This document shows positions 36,429-47,930 of a stretch of 64,000 bases of DNA, one piece after another. The position numbers were made by a program, and so were the translations under genes. Within the stretch, counting starts at the first letter, position 1. Each line of letters starts with the position of its first letter. This DNA is from Chiloscyllium plagiosum (taxonomy: Eukaryota), in assembly GCF_004010195.1 (NCBI RefSeq), contig NC_057718.1, positions 100,961,637 through 101,025,636 of the forward strand, given 5' to 3'. Below the pieces are notes generated by a model. That model had not been told where the DNA came from. It made no database searches and saw nothing but the letters and a program-made list of their open reading frames with translations.

Positions 36429-37837
36429 AGGAACAGCTGAACAGGTTAGGCCTTTAATTCATTAGAATTTAGGAGAATGAGGGGTGATCTTATTGAAGCA
36501 TATAATATTCTGAGGGGGCTTTGACAGGGTAGATGTTGAGAAATTATTTCCACTAGCGGGGAGTCTCAAACTAGCAAGACATAATTGCAGAAAGAAGGGG
36601 ACACCCTTTTAAAACTAAGATGTGAAGGAATTTCTTCTCCTGAAGAGTTGTGAATATCTGGGATTCTCTACCCCAGAGAATTGTGGAAGTCGATCACTGA
36701 AAATATTAAAACAGGAGGGAGATATGTTTGTGAAATATCAATGCGTTGAGGGCTATAAAGAGACAATACAAGAAAGGAATTGAGGCCTGTGGCAGATCTT
36801 ATGGAAAGGCAGGAGAGGCTTGAGGGGCTGAATGGCCTACTCCTGTACCTATTACATATGTTCTTATTCAGGATAGTACAGTGTTTGTTGTGTTAATCTG
36901 TGAAATATAATCACCAGTTTTGGTTGCACGGCGTGTATTGAGAAATGCGATACATCGGTAGATTGATTACAAACACCCAAAATGTCTACAAACCCCTGCA
37001 GAGGTCAAGTTTCTGCAAAGTGCCTTGAGTCATTTTTGAATTTCTCTTGTTCAGCAGGCTTCATTGCTATGCAGTCGTAGGGGTGTAGGATGTAGAATGG
37101 TGTTGGACATAGCTGCTTCTGTAAGCAAATGACATGACTAATGCATATAATTTTAATTGATGTTTGAGTTTAATTGCAGCTCTCTGTAAAATAAGTAAAT
37201 GTTAGAGAGAGACTGTGATGTTCAGGTAAAGATTGGGCATTACTGACACAGTGACTTAATTTGCATTGCAATGATGGGAATCATATTCTAAAAATGGTAT
37301 TGTGCCCCTGGAGATGAGACAAAATGATTTTACACTTTTGACCCTTTTTTGAGCATGAAATGACAATTATTTAAATGCTGTATGTTTAAAAGTTGATGGA
37401 TTTGTTTGGACTGACTGTATGAGTTCCTTGAACATTCTGATTTGAGTGTAACTTTGATCTTTTAGTTTCTAAGTAAGCTGTTAGCTGTCTTTAAAAAATA
37501 AATGAAGATACTAGTGGTGTTCTTCTTTGACCTTGCTCCCTTAAGAAAATCAGAAGCTTTGAGGCTATTTTTGGTTTCTAAAAGCTGCCTAATATTTTCA
37601 TAAAAATGTGTTTTCATTTCTCAAATGTCATTTCTGCACTTAGATTGGGAACCAAAAAAATACCTGTTAAATGTAAAAGCAAAATGCAGCATATATGGGG
37701 ATTTGAAAGTCATTCTAAATAACATGTTACAGGTAAAGAGCTGGATGAATTTTCTTGTTGGTTCAAATTGCGTTATAATTTTAACCTAGGCATTTTGTTT
37801 TTTAGTTTTCCTTGCCCAGTGTTTTCCTTGTGAGCAG

Positions 37838-38337
37838 GTCTCTATCAGAAGGATGTGAAACTTGAAAGGGTTCAGAAAAAATTGGAGGATTTGAGCTGTA
37901 GGGAGAGGCTGAACAGGCTGGGGCTGTTTTCCCTGGAGCGTCAGAGGCTGAGGGGTGATTTCATAGAGGTTTATAAAATCATGAGAAGCACGGATAGGAT
38001 AAATAGACAAAATCTTTTCCCTGGGGTCGGGGAGTCCAGAACTAGAGGACATAGGTTTAGGATGAGAGGGGAAAGATATAAAAGAGACCTAAGGGGCAAC
38101 TTTCTCAGGTGGAGGGTGGTACGTGTATGGAGTAAGTTGCCAGAGGATGTGGTGGAGGCTGGTACAATTGCAACATTTAAAAGGCATTTGGATGGGTATA
38201 TGATTCGGAAGGGTTTGGAGAGACATGGGTTGGGTGCTGGCAGGTGAGACTAGATTGAGTTGGGATATCTGGTTGGCATGGACGGGTTGGACCAAAGGGT
38301 CTGTTTCCATGCTGTACATCTCTGTGACTCTATGACT
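37838..38337 (+). mobile_element. CR1 (HER1-like) 3' fragment
   Basis: ORF 37855-38247; tail gactctatgact. Confidence 0.9.
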
Positions 38338-38534
38338 TTGTTGAAATTGTAGTTTGGGAGATTTCGTACAAACATGTCGACGTATTCTTTTTCTATTTGT
38401 GTACAGTACGATTTCACCCCAATTTAAGACTTTTGCCTCAAGCGTGTAGTTCCAACATCATTAAAGAACCTCAATACTGTCCCACTTTCTTGGTGCCACA
38501 TCCACCATCTTCAGCATTCATTCCCTGAACCATT

Positions 38535-38670
38535 GATGCACAAAGTCAGAAGTCGCACCGCACCTGGTTTATTTGAAATCACAAGCTTTCAGAGCACAGC
38601 TCCTTCTTCAGGTTCACTTCCAAAAGCTTTGTGATTTCAAATAAATCTATTGGGCTATAACCTGCTGTCA
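38535..38670. mobile_element. Fold-back PLE family B element
   Basis: ttatttgaaatcacaagctttc...aaagctttgtgatttcaaataaa inverted arms turning at the hammerhead. Confidence 0.7.
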
Positions 38671-40290
38671 TAGAACATAGAACAATGCAGTACAGTACAG
38701 GCCCTTGATGTTTTGCCCACCTTTTATCCTGCAAAGATCAAACTCACCTACATACCCTTCATTTTACTATCATTCATCTGCCTATCCAAGAGTCACTTAA
38801 ATGTCCCTAATGTCTCTGACTCTACTACTACTGCTGGCAGTGCATTCCACGCACCCACCACTCTCTGCGTGAAGAACCTACCTCTGTCATCTCCCCTAAG
38901 CCTTCCTCCAGTCATCTTAAAATTATGCCCCCTCATGATAGCCATTTCTGCCCTGGGAAAAGGTCTCTGATATTCTTGAAAGGGTTCAGAAAAGATTTAC
39001 AAGGATGTTGCCAGGGTTGGAGAATTGAGCTATCGGGAGAGATTGAATAGGCTCGGACTATTTTCCCTGGAGGGTCGCAGGCTGAGGTATAGAGGTTTAT
39101 AAAATCATGAGGGGCATGGATAGGATAAATAGACAAAGTCTTTTCCCTGGGGTGAGGGAGTCCAGAACTAGAGAGCATAGGTTGAAGGCGAGAGGGGAAA
39201 GATATAAAAGAGACCTAAGAGGCAACCTTTTCATGCAACATTTAAAAGGCATCTGTATGGGTAAATGAATAGGAAGGGTTTGGAGGGATATGGGTTGGGT
39301 GCTGGCAGGTGGGACTAGATTGGGTTGGGATATCTGATCGGCATGGATGAGTTGAACCGAAGGGTCTGTGTCTGTGTTGTACATCTCTGTGACTCTATTC
39401 ATTCTATCTATGTCTCTCATCATCTTGTACCTCTCTATCAAAACACCTCTCACCCTTCTTCACTACAATGAGAAAAGCCCAAGGTCCCTCAACCTTTCTT
39501 CATGAGACAGTCCAGGCAGCATCCTGGTAAATCTCCTCTGTACCCTCTATAAAGCTTCCATATCCTTCCTAAAATGAGGCAACCAGAACTGAACACATTA
39601 TTCCAAGTGTGGTCTAACCAGTGCTCTATAGAGCTGCAGCGTAACAACACAGCTCTTAAACTCAATCCCCCTGCTAATGAAAGCCAACACACTGTATGCC
39701 TTCTTAATTACCCTATTTACTTGGGTGGCAACTTTGAGGGATCTATGGACATGGACCCCGAGATCCCTCTGTTCCTCCACATTGCCAAGAAACCTGCCTT
39801 TAGCCCTGCATTCAAACTCAACCTTCCGAAGTGAATGACTTAACAATTTTCCTGGTTGTACTCCATCTGCCACTCATCAGCCCAGTTCTGCGACCTGTCA
39901 ATGTCCCATTGCAACCTACAACAGCCCTCCACACTATCCACAACTGCACCAACCTTCATGTTATCGGCAACGTAGTAACCCACCCTTCCACCTCCTCATC
40001 AAGTCATTTATAAAAATCACAAAGAGCAGAGGTCCCAGAACTAATCCCTGCGGAACCCCCTGGTCATTGAGCTCCAGGTTGAATATGTTCCATCTCCCAT
40101 CACCGTCTATCTTTTATGGGGCAGCCAATTCCGAATCTCGACAGCTAGATTTCCCTGTATCCCATGCCTCCTTACTTTCTGAATGAACCTACCACAGGGA
40201 ACCTTATCAAGCACCTTGCTAAAATCCATGTACACCACACTCACTGCTCTACTTTCATCAATGTGTTTTGTCATATCCTCAAAGACTAAA
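38670..40290 (-). mobile_element. CR1 RT/3' remnant interrupted by an HER1-like copy (+, ~38970-39396)
   Basis: VVYMDFSKVLDKVP, EEQRDLGVHVHRSLK, LYRALVRPHLE. Confidence 0.85.
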
Positions 40291-40327
40291 TCCAACCAGC
40301 ACCTCTGCATCATTGCACAGTGGCAGC

Positions 40328-41330
40328 AACCTCTTCCTCCAACCGTCGTGTTGCCATGGTCTGGTGATGGAGGAGTCCAAGGACCTGCATGTCCTTGGTG
40401 GAGTGGGAGGGGGAGTTGTAGTGTTGGGCCACGGGGTGGTTGGGTTGGTTGGTCTGGGTGTCCCAGAGGTGTTCTCTGAAACGTTCTGCAAGTAGGCGGC
40501 CTGTCTCCCCAATATAGAGGAGGCCACATCGGGTGCAGCAGATGCAATAGATGGGACCTTGGAGGGAAGTAAGGGGGGAGGTGTGGGCGCAAGTTTTGCA
40601 TTTCTTGCGGTTGCAGGGGAAGGTGCCGGGAGTGGAGGTTGGGTTGGTGGGGGGTGTGGACCTGACGAGGGAGTCACGGAGGGAGTGGTCTTTTCAGAAC
40701 GCTGATAGGGGAGGGGAGGGAAATATATCCCTCGTGGTGGGGTCCGTTTGGAGGTGGCAGAAATGACGGCGGNNNNNNNNNNNNNNNNNNNNNNNNNNNN
40801 NNNNNNNNNNNNNNNNNNNNNNNNNNNNNNNNNNNNNNNNNNNNNNNNNNNNNNNNNNNNNNNNNNNNNNNNNNNNNNNNNNNNNNNNNNNNNNNNNNNA
40901 GGATGGGAGGTGGTGTAGTCCAGGTAGCTGTGGGAGTCGGTTGGTTTGTAGTAGATGTCCGTGTTGATTCGGTCGCCTGAGGTAGAAATAGATAGGTCGA
41001 GGAAGGGGAGGGAGGAATCTGGGACTGTCCAGGTGAATTTGAGGTCGGGGTGGAAGGTGTTGGTGAAGTGGATGAACTGTTCAACCTCCTCGTGGGAGCA
41101 CGAGGCAGCGCCGATACAGTCATCGATGTAGCGGAGGAAAAGGTGGGGGATGGGGCCAGTGTAGCTGCGGAAGATGGACTGTTCCACATGTCCTACGAGG
41201 AGGCAGGCAAGGACCGCAATTTCCCCCCAGACGTGGTCGACGATGCCCTCCACCGCATCTCTTCCACTTCCCGCTCCTCCGCCCTTGAGCCCCGCCCCTC
41301 CAACTGCCACCAAGACAGAACCCCACAGAA
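40328..41330 (-). mobile_element. Penelope-like element: RT (YIDD) and GIY-YIG remnant with an inverted internal segment (+, ~41208-41330); N gap 40773-40899
   Basis: LFLRYIDDCIG...FHPDLKFTW...LPFLDL...TDIYYKPTDSHSYLDY. The GIY-YIG part matches 8123-8340. Confidence 0.9.
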
Positions 41331-41564
41331 CCGCACTATATCCTATGAGTGACACTTGGTGGCACAAGGAGCAGACATGTTCGCTCGTAAATACAGTAAC
41401 ATATATTCACAGAAAAAATTAATGATCCAATTGTAATGAAACAATATATTGCATGATAGAATTAATATGTTCAACTGAAAAAGAATTTTTGTTTTGTATT
41501 GTGCATGTGTGTGCACATGCAATGAGGAAATGTCAGCAAGCAGATCCTTAAATAATAGCACTTG

Positions 41565-41790
41565 TTTTAGTAACTCAAGGCATAGTGTTGGGCTGGAGTC
41601 ACATGTTGGCCAGATGTGGGTTTCAGGATTGGAAGTCTCTTCCTTGAGTGTTATTGGCTTTTTATGCCAATCCAGTAGCTTCCACTTCCACTTTATTTAA
41701 TCTGATGCCAGAACACAGATGACTGAATTTACAGAAGTCAATTTTGAAACTTGTCACAATGTGATTCAACCATATGGTCAAAAACCACTG
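41565..41790 (-). mobile_element. Decayed SINE family 2
   Basis: ctggagtcacatgttggccaga core. Confidence 0.5.
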
Positions 41791-41973
41791 GGCCTGAGGA
41801 CAGACATTATGGCTGATGTTCCACTGCACGGGGGGAGGGGGGTGCTGCACTGTTGGAAGAGCCTTTTTCTGATGAGACATTAATTGAGTTCCCATCTGCC
41901 TGCTTGGTTGGATGAAAAACATTCCATGTTTTCAAAGACGAGCAGGAGTTTATCCCAGTGTCCTACAATAAGC

Positions 41974-44437
41974 CAGCATGGTGGCTCAGTGGTTAGCACT
42001 GCTACCTCTCAGCGCCAGGGATGTGGGTTCAATTCCACCCTCAGGAACCTGTCTGTGTGGAGTTTACATGTTCTCCCTGTGTTTGCGTGGGTTTCCTGCA
42101 GATGCTCCAGTTTCCTCCCGTGGTCCAAAGATGTGCAGGTTAGGATGGATTGGCCATGGGAAATGCAGGATTACAGGGATTGGGTGGGTTTGAGTGAATT
42201 GAATTGAAATGGATTGAATTTATTGTCACGTGTGCTGAGGCACAGTGAAAAGCTTTGACTTGCGAGCAATGCAGGCAGATGACAGAGTTAAATAGCATCG
42301 ATAGGTAAATAGTAGGTAAACAGCAACAAAAACAAAAAAAACACAGGTACAGGCAAATGTTAAGAGTTTGTGAATCCATTCAGTATTCTAACAACAGTAG
42401 GGTAGAAACTGGTGCAAAGCCACCTCGTGCATGTGTTCAGGCTTCTGCACCTTCTCCCCGATGGTAGAGATTGTAGAAAAACATTGCCGGGATGGGATGG
42501 ATCTTTGAGAATGCTGGTGGCCTTTCTTTGACGGCGGGTCTGGTAGATGGATTCTATAGATGGGAGGTTGGCCTTTGTGATTGTCCGGGCCAAGTTCACC
42601 ACTCTCTGTGACCATCTCTGTTCTTGAATGGTACAGTTACCATACCAGGTACTGATACATCCAGACAGAATGCTCTCAATGCGCGCCTATAAAAATTGGC
42701 AAGGGTATTCGCCGTCATGCCAAATTTCCTCAGCTGCCTGAGAAAGAAGAGACATTGTTTGGCCTGTGTAACCAGTCCGAAGAGTCCAAGAGAGCTTGTT
42801 GTGGATGCCCATTCCCAGGAGCTTGACACTCTCCACTCATTCCACCTCTGTGCTGTTAATGTGTAGGGGGGCTTGAGTAACATCCCGCCAAAAGTCAATA
42901 ATGAGTTCCTTGGTTTTGCTGGCATAAAGAGCTAGGTTGTTCTCAGTGCACCATTTTCCAAGTCTTCCACCTCCCGTCTATAGTCTGTTTCGTCACCATC
43001 TGAGATTCGACCGACTATGGTGGTGTCATCAGCGAACTTGTAAATGGCATTAGTCTGGTATTTGGCAACGCAGTCATGGGTATATAGTGAGTACAGTAGG
43101 GGGCTGAGTATGCCCCTGGAAGGCTCCAGTGTTGAGTGTTAGTGAGGATGAAATATTGTCCCCAATCTTCACTGATTGTGGCCTGTGTGTCAGGAAACTC
43201 AGGATCCAGTTGCAGAGAGTGGGGCTTAGTCCGAGATCATTAAGTTTAGTTATCAGTCTCGAGGGGATAATAGTGTTGAAGGCTGAACTGTAGTCAATGA
43301 GTAGGATTCTTACGTAGCTGTTCTTGGTGTGAAGATGTTCTAGGGAGGAGTAAAGGGCAAGTGACATGGCATCTGACATGGATCTGTTAGTCTGATAGGT
43401 AAATTGGAGTGGGTCAAGAGTTGATTAATGCCATGACCAGCCTTTCAAAGCACTTCATGACCACCGAAGTTGGGGCCACTGGCCGGTAGTCATTGAGACA
43501 TGCTGCATGAGTCTCCTTAGGCACAGAGATGATGTTGGCCCTCTTGAAACAGGCAGAGAGTGTCCTACTGCAGGGAGAGGTTGAAGATGTCCGAGAAGAC
43601 CTCTGCCAGTTGATCTGCACATGCTCCATGTGCACGGCCTGGTACTCCGTCTGGTCCCATTGCTTTCCTTGGATTCACATGAAGGAAAACTGATCTGACC
43701 TCTGATGCAGTGACTGTTGGGATAGGTTCATCAGGACATGTCGGAATAGATGTTACCTCCCTGCCGAAATTCTGCTCAAAGCGAGCACAGAAGGCGTTGA
43801 GACAATCTGGGAGGGATATTCCATCATCTGCTATCTTGCACTGTCTCTTTTTAGAACCTGTGATGTCATTCAATCCTTGCCATAGTCGCTGGGTGTCTGT
43901 CTGGGTCTCTAGTTTGGATCGGTCTTGGTCCTTGGCTGTCTTCATGGCTCAGCGAAGGTCATACTTGGATTCTTTATATTTGAGTGGGTCTCCTGATCTG
44001 AAGACCTCACACCTGGTGTTTAGCAGGTTCTGTATGTCCTGATTCATCCAGGGTTTCCTATTGGGGAACACCCGGATTGACTCCCTCGGTATGCAGTCCT
44101 CCACACACTTGCTGATAAAGTCTGTGACTGTGTTGACGTACACGTCCAAGGTACGTGCAGCTTGTTTGAACACGGCCCAATCAGCCGATTCCAGACAGCA
44201 CCAGAATTGATCCTCTGCCTCCTTCGACCAACACTGGACTAGTATCTGCGAGGGGGTCTCCTGCTTGAACTTTTGCCTGTAAACGCCGGGAGAAGAAACA
44301 CAGCATTGTGGTCGGAATTCCCGAAATGAGGATGGGGGATGGAGCAGTCGGCATCTTTCACAGTGGGGTACTCTTTGGAGAGTCACTGTGGACTTGATGG
44401 GCCAAATGGCCTATTTCCATACTGTAGGGGTTTTATG
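41974..44437 (+). mobile_element. HE1 SINE split into 41974-42195 and 44362-44437
   Basis: Collinear HE1 halves, with agtg repeated at the break. Confidence 0.85.
42196..44361 (-). mobile_element. Rex1/Babar LINE, 5'-truncated (~2.2 kb), RT pseudogene
   Basis: [59 protein letters not shown]; (attca)n 3' tail; several frameshifts. Confidence 0.9.
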
Positions 44438-44809
44438 AATATTTATCGCTCAGTCAGCAAGGTGACCATTATCAAAGAACAGGATTGTGTGACATTGCTG
44501 AGTTTGAGCTAGCTGCAATATTTCCTACATTACAGTTGTAGCAACATTTCAAACATGTACTTCATTGGCTGCAGAGCCCTTTGACATGGCTGGTGTTCGT
44601 GAAAGCTGCTGTTAAATGTAAGTTTTTGTTTCTTGTCTCTCTAGAAGAATACTTATCCAGCACTTGATCTTTCGACAGTCATTTAAATCTCCACACTGTA
44701 CTACTGCTGAAGGAGACTCCAAATGATGAATAACATTTTCAAGCTGTGCAGTGCGCTTGCGTTTGAAGTCACAAGATGTAAAAAGGTTGTCCTGCTGGCT
44801 ATACAAACT

Positions 44810-44975
44810 GGACAGGCAGGAGGCTGGAAGAACACAGCAAGCCAGGCAGCATCAGGAGGTGGAGAAGGGTTGCATCCAAAACATCGACTTCTCCACCTCC
44901 TGATGCTGCCTTGCTTGCTGTGTTCTTCCAGCCTCCTGCCTGTCTACTTTGGATTCCAGCATCTGCAGTTTTTCA
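44810..44975. mobile_element. Fold-back PLE family C element
   Basis: 44810-44867 is the reverse complement of ~44888-44945. Confidence 0.8.
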
Positions 44976-45119
44976 TTTTGTCTCTGCTAGATATATAGGT
45001 GGGAATATATCCTTGTTCAATATCTTGTTGCTCAAATTAAGCCACAAATTTGATGTTGCTCGTCAATGGATAACAATCTTACTGTTAAGCTCTGGACTGG
45101 AGCCTTGCCTCTTGAGACT

Positions 45120-45625
45120 TAGTCATAGAGGTGCACAGCATGGAAGCAGACCCTTCAGTCTAGCATATCCATGCTGACTACATATCCTACACTGATCTAG
45201 TCCCAATTGCCAGCACTTGGCCCATATCCCTCTAAACCCTTCCTGTCCATATACCCATCCAGATGCCTTTTAAGTGTGCAATTGTACCAGCCTCCACCCT
45301 TCCTCTGGCAGCTCATTCCATACACACACCACCCTCAGTGTGAAAATTTACCCTTTAGGTGCCTTCTAAATCTTAACCCTCTCACTGTAAACCTATGCCC
45401 TCTAGTTCTGGACTCCCCTGGGAAAAGATCTTATCTATTTATCCTATCCATGCCCCTCATGATTTTATAAACCTCTATAAGGTCACCCCTCAGCCTCCGA
45501 CACCCCAGGGAAAACAGCCCTAGTCTGTTCAGCCTCTACCTACAGCTCAATCCCTCCAATCCTGGCAACATCCTCGTAAATATTTTCTCAACCCTTTCAA
45601 GTTTTACAACATCTTTCCTGTAGCA
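45120..45625 (-). mobile_element. CR1 (HER1-like) 3' fragment
   Basis: KDVVKLERVEKIFTRMLPGLEGLS; tail present. Confidence 0.9.
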
Positions 45626-45627
45626 AG

Positions 45628-45975
45628 GAGACTTGAACCCAAATTCCAGGTTGACATTCCAGTGAATTACCGGGGTGCTGCCTTGCAGCTGAGGCATTAA
45701 ATGCAGGGCCCAACTGTCCTCCTGGTGTAGCCATGAAGGATCCCACAACAAGAAGGGCCTGGGAGTAATTCATGGGACCCACCCAATATTTATCCCTCAC
45801 CAACATAGTGTGCACTGATCATCTGGTCAATGTCCTAACGCTGTTCATGAGAGATTGCTGCACACAGATTGGCTGTGTATTTCATGTTCTACACAGTGAG
45901 TGCATTGCAAAAAGGACTTCATTAATTGAACAGCACTTTGAAGATCCTGAGGTCATGATGATATTTCTTTCCTTT
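45628..45975 (+). mobile_element. Deu-domain SINE, decayed
   Basis: ccaatatttatccctcaccaacat...gatcatctggtca...acttcatt...gcactttg. Confidence 0.65.
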
Positions 45976-45981
45976 TTCTAT

Positions 45982-46289
45982 CATAATGTCTCAGAGTCAA
46001 AGGAACTAAAAATGCGAATGTTAATCTCGAGTCAAATCCATTTGCTCTTTCTATTAGTTCAGTTTGATGCTGAAAACCAGGAAATGTCTTAATGCAACCT
46101 ATTGTTTGCTGTGTGTGAATTGGCCAGGCGTTTCCCATAATGTCTCAGAGTCAAAGGAACTAAAAATGCGAATGTTAATCTCGAGTCAAATCCATTTGCT
46201 CTTTCTATTAGTTCAGTTTGATGCTGATAACCAGGAAATGTCTTAATGCAACCCAATGTTTGCTGTGTGTGAATTGGCCAGGCGTTTCC
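45982..46289. repeat. 154-bp tandem duplication of unique sequence
   Basis: 45982-46135 vs 46136-46289, 3 substitutions. Confidence 0.95.
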
Positions 46290-46928
46290 TGAACTACACA
46301 ACGACTACACTCCCCCCCCCAAAAAAGAGGTTAATTGGCTTTGTGTGAAATACTTCATTTTCTGAGATGTTACTGACAAAATATGTCAATTGCTGCCCTC
46401 AGGACAGTTGTCAAAAACACTTTGAAAATGTGAATGCATGTCCCTGGGGAGTCAGGCTGACCGTACCTGTCAGTTCTACCGGATAATTGAAGTCAAGAGG
46501 GAAAAAGGCAGCAGGCATTTGGCATCTGTTTATAAAATGGAGTTTGATCAGGATGTTAGTATTTCTGTTCGCATGAGGTGCTGGGGGACCACAACATCTT
46601 GTTGCACCTAGATGTGTGAATAGCTCAAGCAGTGCTGACCCACTTGCTGTCTGCTGTGTTCTGGGAGGATAATGATCGGTGAATTAACCCGGATATGTTG
46701 TTAAAATATTGGCTTTTTTTTGCAGTTGTGTGCGGTTAACCATCTGAGTCTTTACAAGTGCTGACAGGTGATCAGGTGCAGAAATGCTGACCCTAAGGTG
46801 AGGTCTCATGGGGGAAAGGAGATGAAGCAGTCTTTAGCTTTATCTGTCTGCCCTAATGAGAGTCACTGGTGTGATAATAACAGGATCAGGGTTTTTGATA
46901 GTTTAATTAGCAGCATGCTTTTGTCTAA

Positions 46929-46952
46929 CTCTCTCTCTTGCCCGTTCTCTCA

Positions 46953-47015
<63 letters not shown>

Positions 47016-47197
47016 CGCAACAGACACATGCGTATACACACGCACAACAGACACACATGCACGCACACACAACGCAACAGACACGCACACACACAACAGA
47101 CACGCACACACACACAACAGACACGCACGCTCACACAACAGACACGCACACGCACATATACAACAGGCACACGCGCGTACACAACAGACATGCACAT
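46929..47197. repeat. (CT)n(CA)n microsatellite followed by cryptic CA-rich (caacagacac) repeats
   Basis: Direct inspection. Confidence 0.95.
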
Positions 47198-47234
47198 GTA
47201 ATTTTAAAACTATAAGAGTTCTAGTTCTATGATA

Positions 47235-47930
47235 GAAAATAAAGAGGGCAGCAACATTCAGCAGTCCAAGAATGGCAGGAAAGAAGCTGTTCTTGAACCT
47301 GTTGATATGTGTGTGTTCAAGCTTCTGTATCTTCTGTCTGGCAGAAGAGATTGGAAGAGAATATTGCTGGGGTGGGAGGGGTCTTTGATGATGTTGGCAC
47401 CTTTCCGCGGCAATGAGCCGTGTAAATGGAGTGCGTGGGTGGAAGGAGAGAGTGATGACTGCAGATGCTGGGGAGTCAGAGTCGAAAAGTATGGCACTGG
47501 AAAAGCACAGCAGATCAGGCAGCATCTGAGGAGCAGGACAGTCAAAGTTTGGAGCATCAGCCCTTCATCTGGATGAAAGACTTGTGCCTGAAACATTGAC
47601 TCTCATGCTCGTTGGCTGCTGCCTGACCTGCTGTGCTTTTCCAGCACCGCACCTTTGATGCAGTGGCTTCCATAAGTTCTGGGCTCTGCACATCACCTTC
47701 TGTATATTGTTACGGCTCTGGGCAGAGCAGTTACCACACCAGACCATTATGCATCTGGACAGAATGCTTTGTAAAAGTTGGTGAGGGTTTTATGGACAAG
47801 CTGAATTTCTTAAGCTTCCTAAGGAAGGAGAGGCGTTGTTGTGCCTTCCTGACCATTGCATCTATGTGGGGTGGTCCAGGACAGATTGTTGGTATGCATC
47901 GCTCCTAGAAACATGACGCTCTCGATCTCC
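47235..47930 (-). mobile_element. Rex1/Babar 3' fragment containing a fold-back PLE family A insert (~47445-47657)
   Basis: KGANIIKDPSHPSNILFQSLLPDRRYRSL; inverted arms ggaaaagcacagcag / ctgctgtgcttttcc. Confidence 0.8.

Larger units (their letters stand above)
35500..36870 (+). mobile_element. CR1 fam-2 remnant interrupted by two HE1 SINEs
   Basis: RT and 3' fragments are collinear across the inserts; tail gaatggcctactcctg. Confidence 0.7.
41790..44640 (+). mobile_element. Deu-domain SINE (SacSINE1-like), split into 41790-41970 and 44438-44640
   Basis: gtgctgcactgttggaag...gatgagacatt...gagcaggag...gtgtcct, resuming aatatttatcgctca...acttcattggctg. Confidence 0.7.

Noticed and set aside
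37393..37445. ag/TTGATGGA as the start of the next MACROD exon (VDG)
   Set aside because: No pyrimidine tract; it continues FVWTDC and stops, instead of CIHRAAG.
40279..41367. Longest ORF (362 aa) as a host gene
   Set aside because: It is a chimera of PLE RT sequence read through an N gap and an inverted segment, not an intact gene.
46725..46797. Exon-like segment (ttttttttgcag ... aag/gtgagg)
   Set aside because: It has a stop codon in the phase needed to follow the MACROD exon and no macrodomain similarity; probably a pseudo-exon.
46768..47525. His/Thr- and Cys/Val-rich ORFs
   Set aside because: These are translations of the CA microsatellite.
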